Positions 26,001 through 37,400 are shown, counted from the first letter of the whole stretch. The stretch: DNA of 55,508 bases, filler included, from Catajapyx aquilonaris (GCA_000934665.2; 2 parts of 2 records of this genome joined end to end with filler, not necessarily neighbours in it), one strand, 5' to 3'. Numbers and translations: made by a program. Notes: generated by a model from the sequence alone, not told the origin.

Positions 26001-27725
26001 GCGGTCATGCCAAGTGTATAGAGTGTGTGCGGTATGGCGATGGTGGGTGGGTATGAAACAGCACCATAACTCACAGAGAATGCGGCTTTGCTTGCTTGGC
26101 TTTTCTGACTGGCTTGCCCGCAGCGTCAGGTAGTCTGGCCTGACCAGGTGGGCGGCTTGGACATGACTCGTCCCACACCTTTCTTCTTTCCACCTCCTTC
26201 CTCTTACCTCTGACTCATTCACCAGTTGGTACTTGCTGTGTAAGTCCAAGCTATATACATACACGCAACATTCCTACACCTGGCTGGAGCTCCAACTTCC
26301 CTCTTTCCAGATCTGACCGAGACTCTCACATGACCTTAGAGGAACAATGACATTATTACGAGTCACCCCCCCCTGTCTGATTTCCTATTTTGCTTGCACA
26401 TCCTCACACGACTCGGTGTCCTCCCAACAAAAGCCCGAGTGATGAATGGGGCCCGGTACTTAGTGTCACCCTGGGAAAGGTCCACCTGCATGGGGCACAA
26501 CAACAGGCATGAATGAAGAAGAAGCGACGGCTCATTTGAACTCCCACCCACACCTCAAATATATACGATGGTCGACTGTACAGTTTTGTGCACACCCTGT
26601 AACTGCTGTGCAAATAACGATTGATGAATAGCCCCCCCATCTGGTTGCCCAATTAAGGTGCTAAGTGCAAGAGAAGCTAATCGGACGACACGAAAGGGTA
26701 CTCTGCGGCACGTGTGTGTGTGTCCGTTTCGAGCAAGAGTCGTAAAAAAAGCGTTTTATCCGCGCTACGACTATCTGTGAGTCACTTATTTCCTAATGTG
26801 TCCACGCCCATTAGGAAGGAGCGTACATCAATTATCGCCAGCACACCTCTGGGGCTTCAATTACACGCATTGTCCCACTTACACAGCAGGTTACTGCGCC
26901 TCCGTTTCCAATCATTAGGAACTACACCCGCGATGTCCCCAATCGGTCCAATAAAATCGTGGATAGAAGTGGCTGTGACTCTGTCTGTCCACTGTTAGAA
27001 GCTTGGTACTACGTCCACTGGCGTGAATTATACTAAACAGTAATTTTAATTTTCCAGCTCTGTACGGACCTTCCTGTCCGACCGGATGTAGTGCCTGCAG
27101 TGCAGTGAACGGATGCGTGTCCTGCAAGGCTCCGTTGCTCCTGCAGTTGCATCGGACAGGCCCTCGACAGATAGGGTTGTGTCGGTCCACGTGTCCGGAC
27201 GGATTCTTCGCAGGAAGGGTCGGAAAGCCGTACTCCTTCTGCGCCAGTAAGTCGCGGATACAGCTTACGACACTTCCATCTTCGGACCTGTTTAACGTAC
27301 GATGTGTTTCAGAGTGTCGTCTGGAGCACTGCGAGATATGCTCGGGCAAGAACGTGTGTGTGCGATGCTCCAGACCTTACGTGGAGCATCGCGGAAAGTG
27401 TGTCCCGCCATGTCCGGCCCTCAACCTAGTGGACGCCAATGTGACGGACGGGGATTGCGTCTCTCCTCCAGGCCACCACACCAGACGTCGCCACTACAAG
27501 CCTGGTACGTCAAATGGGGCCCCTATATCTTGTATAACAATAATCTAAAGAATCGTGCGTGCGCAGGTGCGTGCCAGGTGAGCCAATGGTCTCCGTGGAG
27601 CTCGTGCAAGCCTCTCAGGAGGCCTGCCTGTAGAGGCATCCAGACCAGGCAGAGGGAGATACTGCTGGCGACATCTGGATCCGACGATGTCTGTCCTCCG
27701 ACCAATCAGACGCGACCGTGCAGGC
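10975..27725 (+). CDS. RSPO: R-spondin homolog (signal peptide-FU1-FU2-TSP1), 3' partial; join(10975..11092,27058..27246,27313..27504,27567..>27725)
   Basis: FU1 CPTGCSACSAVNGCVSCKAPLLLQLHRTGPRQIGLCRSTCPDGFF, FU2 KCRLEHCEICSGKNVCVRC..YVEHRGKCVPPCP and TSP1 CQVSQWSPWSSC..CRGIQTRQREIL match the R-spondin domain order and Cys spacing. All three introns are phase 1 GT-AG, one domain per exon as in vertebrate RSPO genes. Confidence 0.88.
14355..14637. mobile_element. Three adjacent mini-MITEs with CACTCTAAGAAATGTCCGGGTTAAAT TIRs and TA flanks
   Basis: Copies at 14355-14444, 14451-14509 and 14519-14637, each ending TTAGAGTG|TA. Confidence 0.8.
19251..19406. mobile_element. Short MITE (Harbinger-like ends)
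   Basis: Perfect 22-bp inverted repeat TAAGAACGCAACCGAGTGCGCA at 19259-19280 / 19376-19397. Confidence 0.7.
23991..24606 (+). mobile_element. Helentron/HINE-like non-autonomous element with internal 96-bp tandem array
   Basis: TGAGCGAAGCGAG(G/T)G motif at both ends; 3' hairpin ACCCTC..GAGGGT followed by CTATAGTT; ~3.4 units of 96 bp; related copies at 8.6-9.3 kb. Confidence 0.65.
24169..24500. repeat. 96-bp minisatellite, ~3.4 copies
   Basis: Unit CCCCGTTCTGCGCCTGCGCAATGG..GCGCCTCTGG..CTGATTGG..ATATTGTTACC..CTGATTGG; appears as a 32-aa repeat in ORF 23919..24581. Confidence 0.9.
25409..25730. mobile_element. Degenerate element with many short CACTC/GAGTG subterminal repeats (CACTA-like remnant)
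   Basis: Repeated cactcaa/gagtg words in both orientations; A-run and T-run inverted ends. Confidence 0.35.
27058..27246 (+). CDS. RSPO: R-spondin exon 2, furin-like domain 1
   Basis: tttccag| acceptor, |gtaagt donor, 189 nt, 8 Cys, SxxNGC and RxxxRQxGxC motifs. Confidence 0.92.
27313..27504 (+). CDS. RSPO: R-spondin exon 3, furin-like domain 2 plus basic linker
   Basis: gtttcag| acceptor, |gtacgt donor, 192 nt; KCRLEHCEIC aligns to RSPO1 KCKIEHCEAC; NVT glycosylation sequon at the position of RSPO1 NGT. Confidence 0.9.
27567..27725 (+). CDS. RSPO: R-spondin exon 4, thrombospondin type-1 domain (truncated by gap)
   Basis: gcgcag| acceptor; WSPWSSC and QTRQR motifs; runs into Ns at 27726. 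Confidence 0.88.
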
Positions 27726-27825
27726 NNNNNNNNNNNNNNNNNNNNNNNNNNNNNNNNNNNNNNNNNNNNTTAATTAATTAANNNNNNNNNNNNNNNNNNN
27801 NNNNNNNNNNNNNNNNNNNNNNNNN
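27726..27825. other. Assembly spacer: 44 N + TTAATTAATTAA + 44 N
   Basis: Exactly 100 bp; the palindromic 12-mer gives stops in all six frames. Confidence 0.95.
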
Positions 27826-28340
27826 TCGTAGCGGGAAGAACCACCATTGTTATGGTCTATTTGCACTGATGCAGGATATGATGCAAGTTTCACAAATAAT
27901 TATGTTACTTTACACTGCCGCAATATGAAACTGGAAAGAAACTCTCATCTTGCATGCAGTTTGATAGGTGTACATAGACTTATCACCAAACAGATTATGA
28001 ATGATTAGAAGAGTTTCCATACATTGCAAAAAATTCCTCCGATCAGTTTTGCTTAGCTACATGGTGAAATCTGTATATAGCAATTCCCCCAAAATTTTAC
28101 ATCCTGAACAGGTGTTCTGTAAGGGACAGAAATCCACAGAAAATCTACACCTGGGACCATTCAAGCTTCTCAACGAACAAGAGTCCAATGTATGCAGGAT
28201 CTGCTATGCACAGGCTTCACTGCATCACAATTGTAGTAAAAATCTCTGAAGTCAACTTTAATGCATTTAAGTTCGCTCCTTGGTGTCCAGCCTATACTTA
28301 TAAGGGAGTGATACAGATATATCAACTGCAAAGTGCTAAC

Positions 28341-28495
28341 CTGCTGGTATGGCGAGGAGGACGTGGCAACGACATCCTCCTTGAGCGTTGGGGTCTCTCG
28401 AAACACGACTGCCCGGATTACCCCTTGGATGTGGTCCTCAGGCCAAGATCCTAGCAGGATGCGTTGAGGTCTCCCCCTGCCCTTCGGCCGCAAAT
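28341..28495 (-). CDS. bab: bab module C exon 2: AT-hook region
   Basis: tctag| acceptor; DLRPKGRGRPQRILLGSWPEDHIQGVIRAVVFR; candidate donor CAG|gttagc at 28341, otherwise reads to the stop at 28170. Confidence 0.88.
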
Positions 28496-31400
28496 CTAGA
28501 AGAGAATTTTTGGCTCTCTTTGGTGCCTGGTCCCCTGCCTTTTCTCTTTTTTACTCTCATCTCTCACTCATGTGGGGAGCTAGCAGAGTGGGGGTCAAGA
28601 GAGTGGTTGGGGTGAAGTAGTAGAGAAGAGGAGACTGACCTGCAACTAAGGTTGCATGTCAGACATTTTTGGAATTACCAATTTCGGGACAGATGACGAG
28701 CTACTGTTGGAAGACGGAGTTGACTCCCTGCATATGTTCGAGTTAGCCAATCATCTCAGATCAGTGCTTGCTCTTTGCAACTTCGGACCTCATAATGTAG
28801 TACAGGTAATGTTACTTTGTTACTACTACTTATTGATGCAAATTGGCTGGTCCTTCAAGGCTTCCGTTGAGTCCTGTAGATCATTCATACAGCTTTCTAA
28901 CTCAAGTGCCTGCTTTGGAAAGCAATTATTTGGTGCTTCGCCGTTGAACAATAATTCCCAAATTTATTCATATGGACTACCTACAATTACATAAACAAAA
29001 CAATCCATCAGAATAGTGCCCTTTGAAAGCCATCAACCAAGTTCATTGCTGACAATCTAATAACACTTCTAATATTTCTTAATACGTAACTGCTTAATAA
29101 GCAGCTTATTGCCAAAAAAATTACTAACTGAAGCGAACACTCAATTGAAATTGGAACAGCATACAAGCAAATCCAAATTTAAGAATGACATGTCTCCCCC
29201 ATCTCCCTGCAGACCCTAATAATTACCTGTGCTAACAAGTCTGAACTAATAGAAGCATATTGCTTATCAAGTATTCACATTTGTTTAACTATTCTGTATG
29301 GCGGGTGGTGAAATGCTTATGACTACAAGTAGGACCTACAATCTGTCAGAGGTATGTAGCAGACTTACCAATCAGCTCTAAAACAGCTAGTCTTCAGCCT
29401 ACTCTAGCACAGTAGCACAAAACTTGTAACTGTCCAAGTGGAAGTCAGCACTGTCACAACTTGAGCTCGCCACCTGTCACCCATGTCAACATATCACAGG
29501 GAAGGCCAATTTCATCAGTCAATTCATCTGCTTAGTAAGGAAGGTAGAGGGTGGGGTAGTGCTGGTGACTCGAGGATCATGAACTGACCTGCTGCTCCAT
29601 CGCTGGATGGTCCCAGCATGTTGTGAACCCTGTTGGCGTACAGCACAAAGGTTGGGTAGGGGATGTCGTACTTCCTGGCTGCCTGCGAGAGGGACAGTCC
29701 CTCCTTCAGCACTGCATGTATGGCTTCTGCCATCGTCTCTGGCCTCCATGACTTCAGTGGTCCTCTTTCTCTGAACCGCATGCTGTGCAGCAGTCCTGGT
29801 GGGTTTCCTGCATTGGCACTCCAGCACTTCTGCCACATGCTCTGCAGCTGGTACTGGTAGCTGTCCACTGCTTGGCATGAAGGGGGGGGGGATAGATACA
29901 TCTCTACCTTTCTTTCCCATTTTTCACCCATCTCTTCCAACTACCCCCAACACTAACACTCAACCCTTTTGCCATACTGGAGTTGGTGAACACCTCAAAG
30001 TTTCCAGGCCTGGCACCCGGCTCAACAAGTTTTAAATAATTGATTGCAAGGCCCCTGGTAATAAATATGCATAGCCTTAATGCGCTTTGTATGGCAGTGA
30101 AGCTGTGCTTGAATTCTGCACAGGCATTGTTGTACAGAAGGGGAAGCAAATTTTGCTCCAGGACATTGTTGGACATTAAAACTGCTATCCATGATTAAAA
30201 TAATGCCCCATCAAAATTTTGCCTCACTGAATACTGTACTTCAAAATCTTCATCTCTTGAAAAGACTAATTTTGAAACCAAATTAGATTTCTCTCCTTCT
30301 CCACCATTATGTACAAACACAAATTGACTGCAAAGTGCTGTTGTTAACCAAACACTTTCTGCACCCATCCTGAATATTTACTCCCCCCAAGTCCTCACAG
30401 GATGCAAGTTGCCTCTTGGAAGTCATGTTTCCACTACAAAATGTTGAAAAGAGGGGCAAGTGTTTTGCGAGGTCCCTTGTCCATAAAAACTCCCTGGCGA
30501 GAATGAGCCGATGTGAGAGGAAAGAGGGTGGACATTTTGGGCCGCACGTGCATCAAATGGGGAGCCCCCCCATGATATGAAAAGATATGTGGGAATGTGG
30601 TGGGCTTGTTGGGAGGAAGGGGGAGGTGCTGCAGGGTGGGTGGGGTATATGGTAGTAGTGGGGTGGACGGGAGACAGACGGGTTGGCAGGCGTGGTCCAG
30701 GGCCTAATTCGATTTTTCGCCCGGCTCGGGCTGTCAAATCCTAACTCAATTTGGGGCATGCACTTGGGCGCCCAGGGAGCTGCAATGAGCCCGGGAAAAA
30801 CCAGAGCCCAAGCCTCCCTCTTTTCCACGCTCCCTCCCCTCACATCCATCTACTTTCCCACCAACTCCAAATGGACATACACATATGTTAGTACAGTACA
30901 TCACCCCCTCCTCCTCCTCCCTTCCCTCTTCCCACGTAACCGCTCCCCACCCGCCCTCCCAAAACTTCCCCACACTGAACAGACCCCAAGCGAGCTATCT
31001 CCATAAAAACAATATTCTGAGCTCGACTCTCATATGCCTTTCCGCTTATGGTCAGAATGGAATTTGCATCCATCTACGTACATTCTGAGAATCACTCAAC
31101 GGGCCCGTCACTAGAGGATCACTCTGCAAGTGTCAATACTGCTGGGCTCAACCGCATTCAGGACATGACAATAACACTGGCAATCTGAAATCGCGGGGAC
31201 TTACAGGCCCCCTGTGCGATCTGCGCATTTTATCGCGGGTGTTGTAACCCCGAGCAATCCGGGTCCAGTCCATTAGCATGGAGAAAAAAGTCTACGTAAT
31301 GTCGGGCCGTAATTAACAGGAGTTCATGCTTAAACTTTCCAGTCCGGTCAGAATGACACTGCTAAATGAAGACACCTCCCAATCCCCCCCCCCCTCGACC

Positions 31401-34400
31401 GCGGCATTACGCCCGACGCACCGATTGTCTGCGAAAAGTAGGATCACTCTCATTATGAGGAGTGCCAGTATGGGGCATGTGGCTATTGCTGCTTGGAATC
31501 AAGTTGCGAATATATTGCTTTGGTGGGCTATAGGCCAGGACTACAGCTAAGGCAAAACATTTTCTGAGTTTCGATTATCCGCGAATGAGGTTTGGCTGTA
31601 GTGATAATAAGTCGTGCGTAAGCAATTATTCTCTTAAATGGCCTCCATATCGGGAGAATCGACTCGGAAGTACGCACAATTACAGTAAAATGTTGGCGTT
31701 TTATTAATTATGGATAATAATCAACCGACTCATGCACAAATGCAGTGTACTTAGTAATGTCAGCAATGATTTTCTAACCAAAGCTTAGGAAATTTCCTGT
31801 TGAATGAACGTATGGCACATGACGGCCCCTAACAACATGGCCATTCAAAAATGAAGAATTCTATTGTTGTTTGCCTTCATCTCCGCATTATCTTCCTACA
31901 ACGCTCCATACATACAAGTTTTATTGCAGAACAATGACCACCTTCTTACAACGAGTGGCCTTAAGCATATACCAAGCTACCTAGATGGAAATTGCTTCTC
32001 ATCACACCAAGCTTGAGAAATGCGCTGCGGCCCGAAAGTACCTTTCCATTGGACCAGACCATATCATCTCCCGAAGAATTAGCGAGTCAATGAACTCTAT
32101 AATCTGCAATCTTCTCGAACTCGTGCTCTCTTCTCCTATCTCCCCGACAATCTCCGGCTGGCTGAGGCCGAGAGACGTAGGAGGTTAATATTTGTCTGTG
32201 GTCACCTTCGAAAATCGAACCTTAAAACCGGTTGAGATTGCCCTGCCGACTCAAACGAAACGCTGCCATGTTTGCCCAGCCAAGTCTCAACACCTGATGC
32301 TTAAATTAACCTGCCCTTGTGGTTAAGACCCTCTCCGAGCTTAATTACGAAATGTGCGCCAAAAGCAGCCATGTCCTGACATATTCAGCGTGTGCAGTCT
32401 AAAAATTTTATAAGAACATCTGTACTGCCTTACATCTAAATAGTCTGTCATTATTACGGATTGTACTTTTTTTCCCTGGCTTCAGAAAACTGATCACCTT
32501 TCACATGCTGTAAACTAACCTTCATTCTGACTACGAGTCAAGCTTGGAATCCATGAAGTAGGCCTAGAACACCTTTCATCCTGCCCTGTCCTCATTCTTG
32601 CCTCGTAAATATTGCTCTCAACTGCGTCATGGAATGTGAAAGACATTTATTTTCAACTCAGACTTACAATAAAGTTAACCATCATATATATAACCCAACA
32701 TGGAAGACTCTGTCACAACAACTTCAATAAGGTGGAAAACATGTGACAACTCTGAGCCCAAACTGAAATAAAAAACAGTCTGTCAAGACATATCGCTCCA
32801 TACAAAAATAGCCTGCAGTAATACATTAGTTGTATGGATGTTGAAATTTCAGTATAGGAGTTACTGTATATTATGCGCTTTATATACAAACGTCCGTGAA
32901 GACTTTATGTTATAGGGACAATATGTTCTGATCACGTAAATTAGCTCTTATTATGCTGTCAAACAAGAAATAAAAATAGCCACGATCAATGTCAATAGTT
33001 CACGTAAGTGTCACACACCGAAAGGAAAAACACTACGTTGGCCTATTACAATAACAATAAACAGTTTTACGTATCAAAAAAGGGCTCCAGTCTAAAAATT
33101 TGCACACTAACGGAATGCCAGCCTTTGTCAATGGGAACATAATTAAGTAGAAATTGCTTCCTCCTAACAAACATCCTAACTGACGGACCCATGTCCACTG
33201 TCAGTTTCAAATATAGTCACACTGTGTAACAAAGAGAGAAAAAAAAATGGTGGAATGTTCACGAGTTCGTCCGTCACCATACAACACCACAACGTTGCCC
33301 TTGAGAGTGTTTGCCCTGAGGTGTAACCCCAATGAAAAAGCCAGCGGGTCAGTTTCCACAGCCTATGTCACTACAAATACTCGCTAACTCATTTAGATAC
33401 TATTAACCCGTCTTGATTCCCGGAGACTTCGTCCGCATTAACATTTCAGTTTGGGCACAATACGTATCTGATTAATCGATATCAAATAAAACCCCTTATA
33501 ACTCAGAAACGACGTTGCATGAAATAAGCATGAAGTCCCAAATACACCGGACCAATTGCGAAACCTAAACTATCACATGACCTAAAAAAAAATTACTCCG
33601 GTGAATATTTCAGAAGCGCAGATAGTTTTCAGATAAATGCATAACTCATCAGAGCGGTCATAATTATTGCATGGGCGAGGCGAAGCAAGATTTTATCTCA
33701 GTTTCCCAATATCGCCTTCCCCTCAGCCAGAGTAACAATTTTACAGGAGGCAGAAGTTTTGTAATATTCCCCTGGATCGCGTTTCCTAAAAACTGGAGCT
33801 TATTACATTCATAATATCCGTCAAAAGTCGGCGGATTCCAGGTTTACTCGTATTATCAATGACTACGCTGCTGGGTTGGGGCAATCTTTTGGACTGGTAC
33901 ACTTCAGCCCGGGAAATAATAATAAGAGAGAGAAAGAGAGAGAAAATCAGACGTTGATAAATTTTTAAGTACAGGTGTGAGTGCAGTCCGTAATTCATGA
34001 CAACAAACTCGGTGCGTTCCAAGTCAATGCGCAGGCACCGCATACACTATTAATGCAGCTGTACATAAGACCCCCATAAATCATTCGCGACCTATTTTCT
34101 GACCATTGAGCCGCGCCAGTTCGAATAAAAAGAAAACGGCAGGCATGTTCATGTGCGTCTGCAATAAAAAAAAACAGCAGAGGTCAACCGATATGACGAT
34201 CAGATCGTGTACCATGCCTGCCTGAAAAGCGATGCTGTGGAAACATGACCACACTTCTGGAAATCGCGCGTAGGAGGGAAAAAAGAAGAGTGGACCATTT
34301 CTCCGTTGGCGTGTACAAGGATAGGAAAGAGAGGGTCATCACACACATAAAAAGATGCAGCGTGCAGAAAATATAAGCTTTTTTATATATAAAAAAGTAA

Positions 34401-37400
34401 GGGACTCTAGTAGGGCGGCTCCCTTTTCAAGGTAGGTGAGTTGTTGTAGTAGAGGGAGATGATCGTATGCTTCTTGCAGAAGGCCCACCACCATCTGAAT
34501 CCCCTCAGGCTGCCGAATTTAAACTTCGGCAAGCGCCGCTGCAACAGGCCTTCTACGAAGTTCAGCACCTCCAGCAACGACTTGTTGGTTCGTCGATTGT
34601 AAGGCATGACGGCGGTGTCGCAACAAAAGTCCAACACCGCTTCCTCCTCCTCTTGTAGCATGCTTATCTCGTCCAAGACAAGCATCCGTTTCGATTTGCC
34701 CAGGATGTTGTCGTAAAGAGTGCCTTTTGGGATGCCATAGTGGCTCGCGGCTTGGGTGAATCTCATTCGTTGGGACACCACCGCAGCCATTGCTTCCTGG
34801 AGCTGATCCTGACTCCAGGTCGGAGCCTTGACCTTCCACTGCCCACTTCCGGAGCCCATGACGCTGGCTGGGCCGTCTACCGCGTCAGAAAAGGCAGGAA
34901 AGGACCAGGGGAGGAACAAAAATAATCAACTAAGCAAAAAATAAATAAACGAACAAAAAAGTAGCCTGTGGTGTGGAACGGAGGGAATTCGCAACCAAAC
35001 AGCAAATGATTTTTTTTTTAAACGCGTGCAAAGACATGGCAACCAAAAATCTACGCGTAGCATTAGTAAATAAATATTAATCACAAAATAAATTAACTGC
35101 ATATACAGACCACCATGCATTTTATATAATCACTACAGTCATGTACCACAGGAAGAACGGAGGCTGTAACGTCCAACTGTCTATTAGGGAGACACAGAAG
35201 GCCAGCGCGACATACAGTACGTCCGGGGGAGTCAAAAAATGTGAACTTTTTAAAACATTTGCAAAAAACGGTAGTGAAGCCGTGTCACACCGATGAGTTA
35301 CTCGAGGCTTATCAGAGGATCGTCAGTAAATACCGGTATGATCACGAGTGATTGAAGTTTCCCTCTTTATATTTTAGCGCTATAGATGAGCAGCACTTGG
35401 AGTGGCTCGGTCGGGTGAGGATATATGCTGGGTAAAGGTGGACTATGAGCTGGATGGATGAGTAAATGGGTAGGACTACAAGGCGATTGAACAAACACGT
35501 TTCTAAAGATCGGCAGGGGACAAGAGCAGAGCAATCAATTCCGCCGCCTGATTACCTTCGGAGACACGTTGAGTTTACAAGCGTAAGATACACCAAAACT
35601 TGGGCACGACGAAGGTTGGATTAGAGTTTTAAACACAGTACATAAAACAATTGATCAGACCCAAAGCACAGTTAGTCAATGACACTGAACAGCGAACAAA
35701 AAATGCTCCCCATACGCCGGAGCCGCATTACGAGAGTGAGTCTTACAAATGTCACGAAATATTTTATTTAAAACACACCGGGGGTCTATCAAGCAAGACA
35801 AAACCTCACGCTTATTTTCAAAGCAAATAGATACTGCTCATCGATTCATTTCACTACCGACTTTACCGTCCCAGATCATTTCTCGTCACCTACACCACCC
35901 TAACTGAATGGGGAAACTTCAACCATTCGCACGCCAAATCCCTGAGGATACTCGAGCAACGCCTCCGTCAATGTTCAGTGCAAAACGTGCAACTTTTGTT
36001 AAATCTCTCTTGTTTAGCTCAGTGTGGTCAGTCCTGGCGAACTGTAGCACCAAAAGTGTTTGGCGACATCGCTTATTCCCACACAGGCTCTGTCTTTATG
36101 TACAGCCTCAACGGATCTTGCTCCTGTTGCTGCTGCTGTTGAGGTTGCTGCTGCTGGCCATGCCGTGAGGACGTCCCTTGCAACGGATCCGTCCTCAACT
36201 GTTCCATGGCACTCTGCACTTGCGCCGCCCCCCTCCCCCCGGCCCCTTGCCCCCCGGCCCCCCTCCTGCCCCCGCACGACACCTTGCTGCTGACCAACCC
36301 AAGGGCCCGCGTCCGCCTCCACAAGGTCATGACCGGGATGCGACACTTCTCCGCGGCAGGTTTGATCGGACTGCCTCTCTGGACCAACTGGATGGCCTCC
36401 AGGAGGTCCCGCTGGGTCCACTTGGAGTGGGCGCTCTTCGACACCAGGAGGGCCTTCGGGAGCTGGGACGGGGCTGGAGCCAGGGGAGGAACTGGAGGAG
36501 GTGCTGGGGGCGAGGCCGGAGCCGGAGGTGCTGGGGAATGAAGTGGGGAGACATTCCAGGACGCGCCCTCTGAAACGAAGCCCAGGAGCATTTTTTTGTT
36601 GTCGTTTTTTTTTTCCTTTGCGGCTTATAGACCCAACAAAACAAGCAGAAAATCGTCGAACGATTTTCTACCCATCAACATTTCGAGTGAAGGGAACTTC
36701 TGGAGCACTCGCCCTATTGCTGGTACCCTGTTACATTTCGCTCCAGTTCATCCCAAATGGCCCGATCTTCGTGCCGGCGTTATACAGTAAAAAAAAAAAG
36801 GAGAAAGGAATGGCCCATGTCCACGGTGGACAGGAATTTTAAAGGCGGCCACCAAATTACCCAGCAAATCGAACCAATGTGCTCCTGGGCTTCATTCTAC
36901 TCACTCCAAGGTACCCATTAAATATTCCTACGGTTAAGAAGTGCGCATTGTCTTTGCATTTCCGTGGGTTTCCCCGTCGGGTAAGCCCGCGACTTTGTCC
37001 CCCGTCCAAATTCCCTTCGTTCACACTTCCCGAGGTACACAGATTAAAGAAGAACAAAAAATTGCAGAAAAAAGTTGAGACATTGGACAATAAACACACA
37101 CAGGAATATAAATAATAAATGGTGTTATTTTGAGTACTTATATTTTTTTTGCGGAAAGAGATGGTTAAAAAGGGTGAGTCAAACCGTGGCTCAAGTGAGA
37201 AATGTTCCACTGGCTTCAATGTTTCCCCCCATTGATGCTTTACGTCTTTGATTTGAAAATTTCCACCTGGCCAGTTCCTTCCAGAGGCTCCCTCCACTGG
37301 AAATTTCCCCCACCGCCCTTTAAAATCCCTGTCCACCCCCAACCAACAACCCTCACAAAAACACCAAATCTCACCTTTCCGAAGTACAGTCCATGCTCCG

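Noticed and set aside
30000..34400. Further alternative bab DNA-binding exons
   Set aside because: No additional minus-strand frame with an HTH or zinc-finger pattern was seen; the region reads as 3'UTR and intron.
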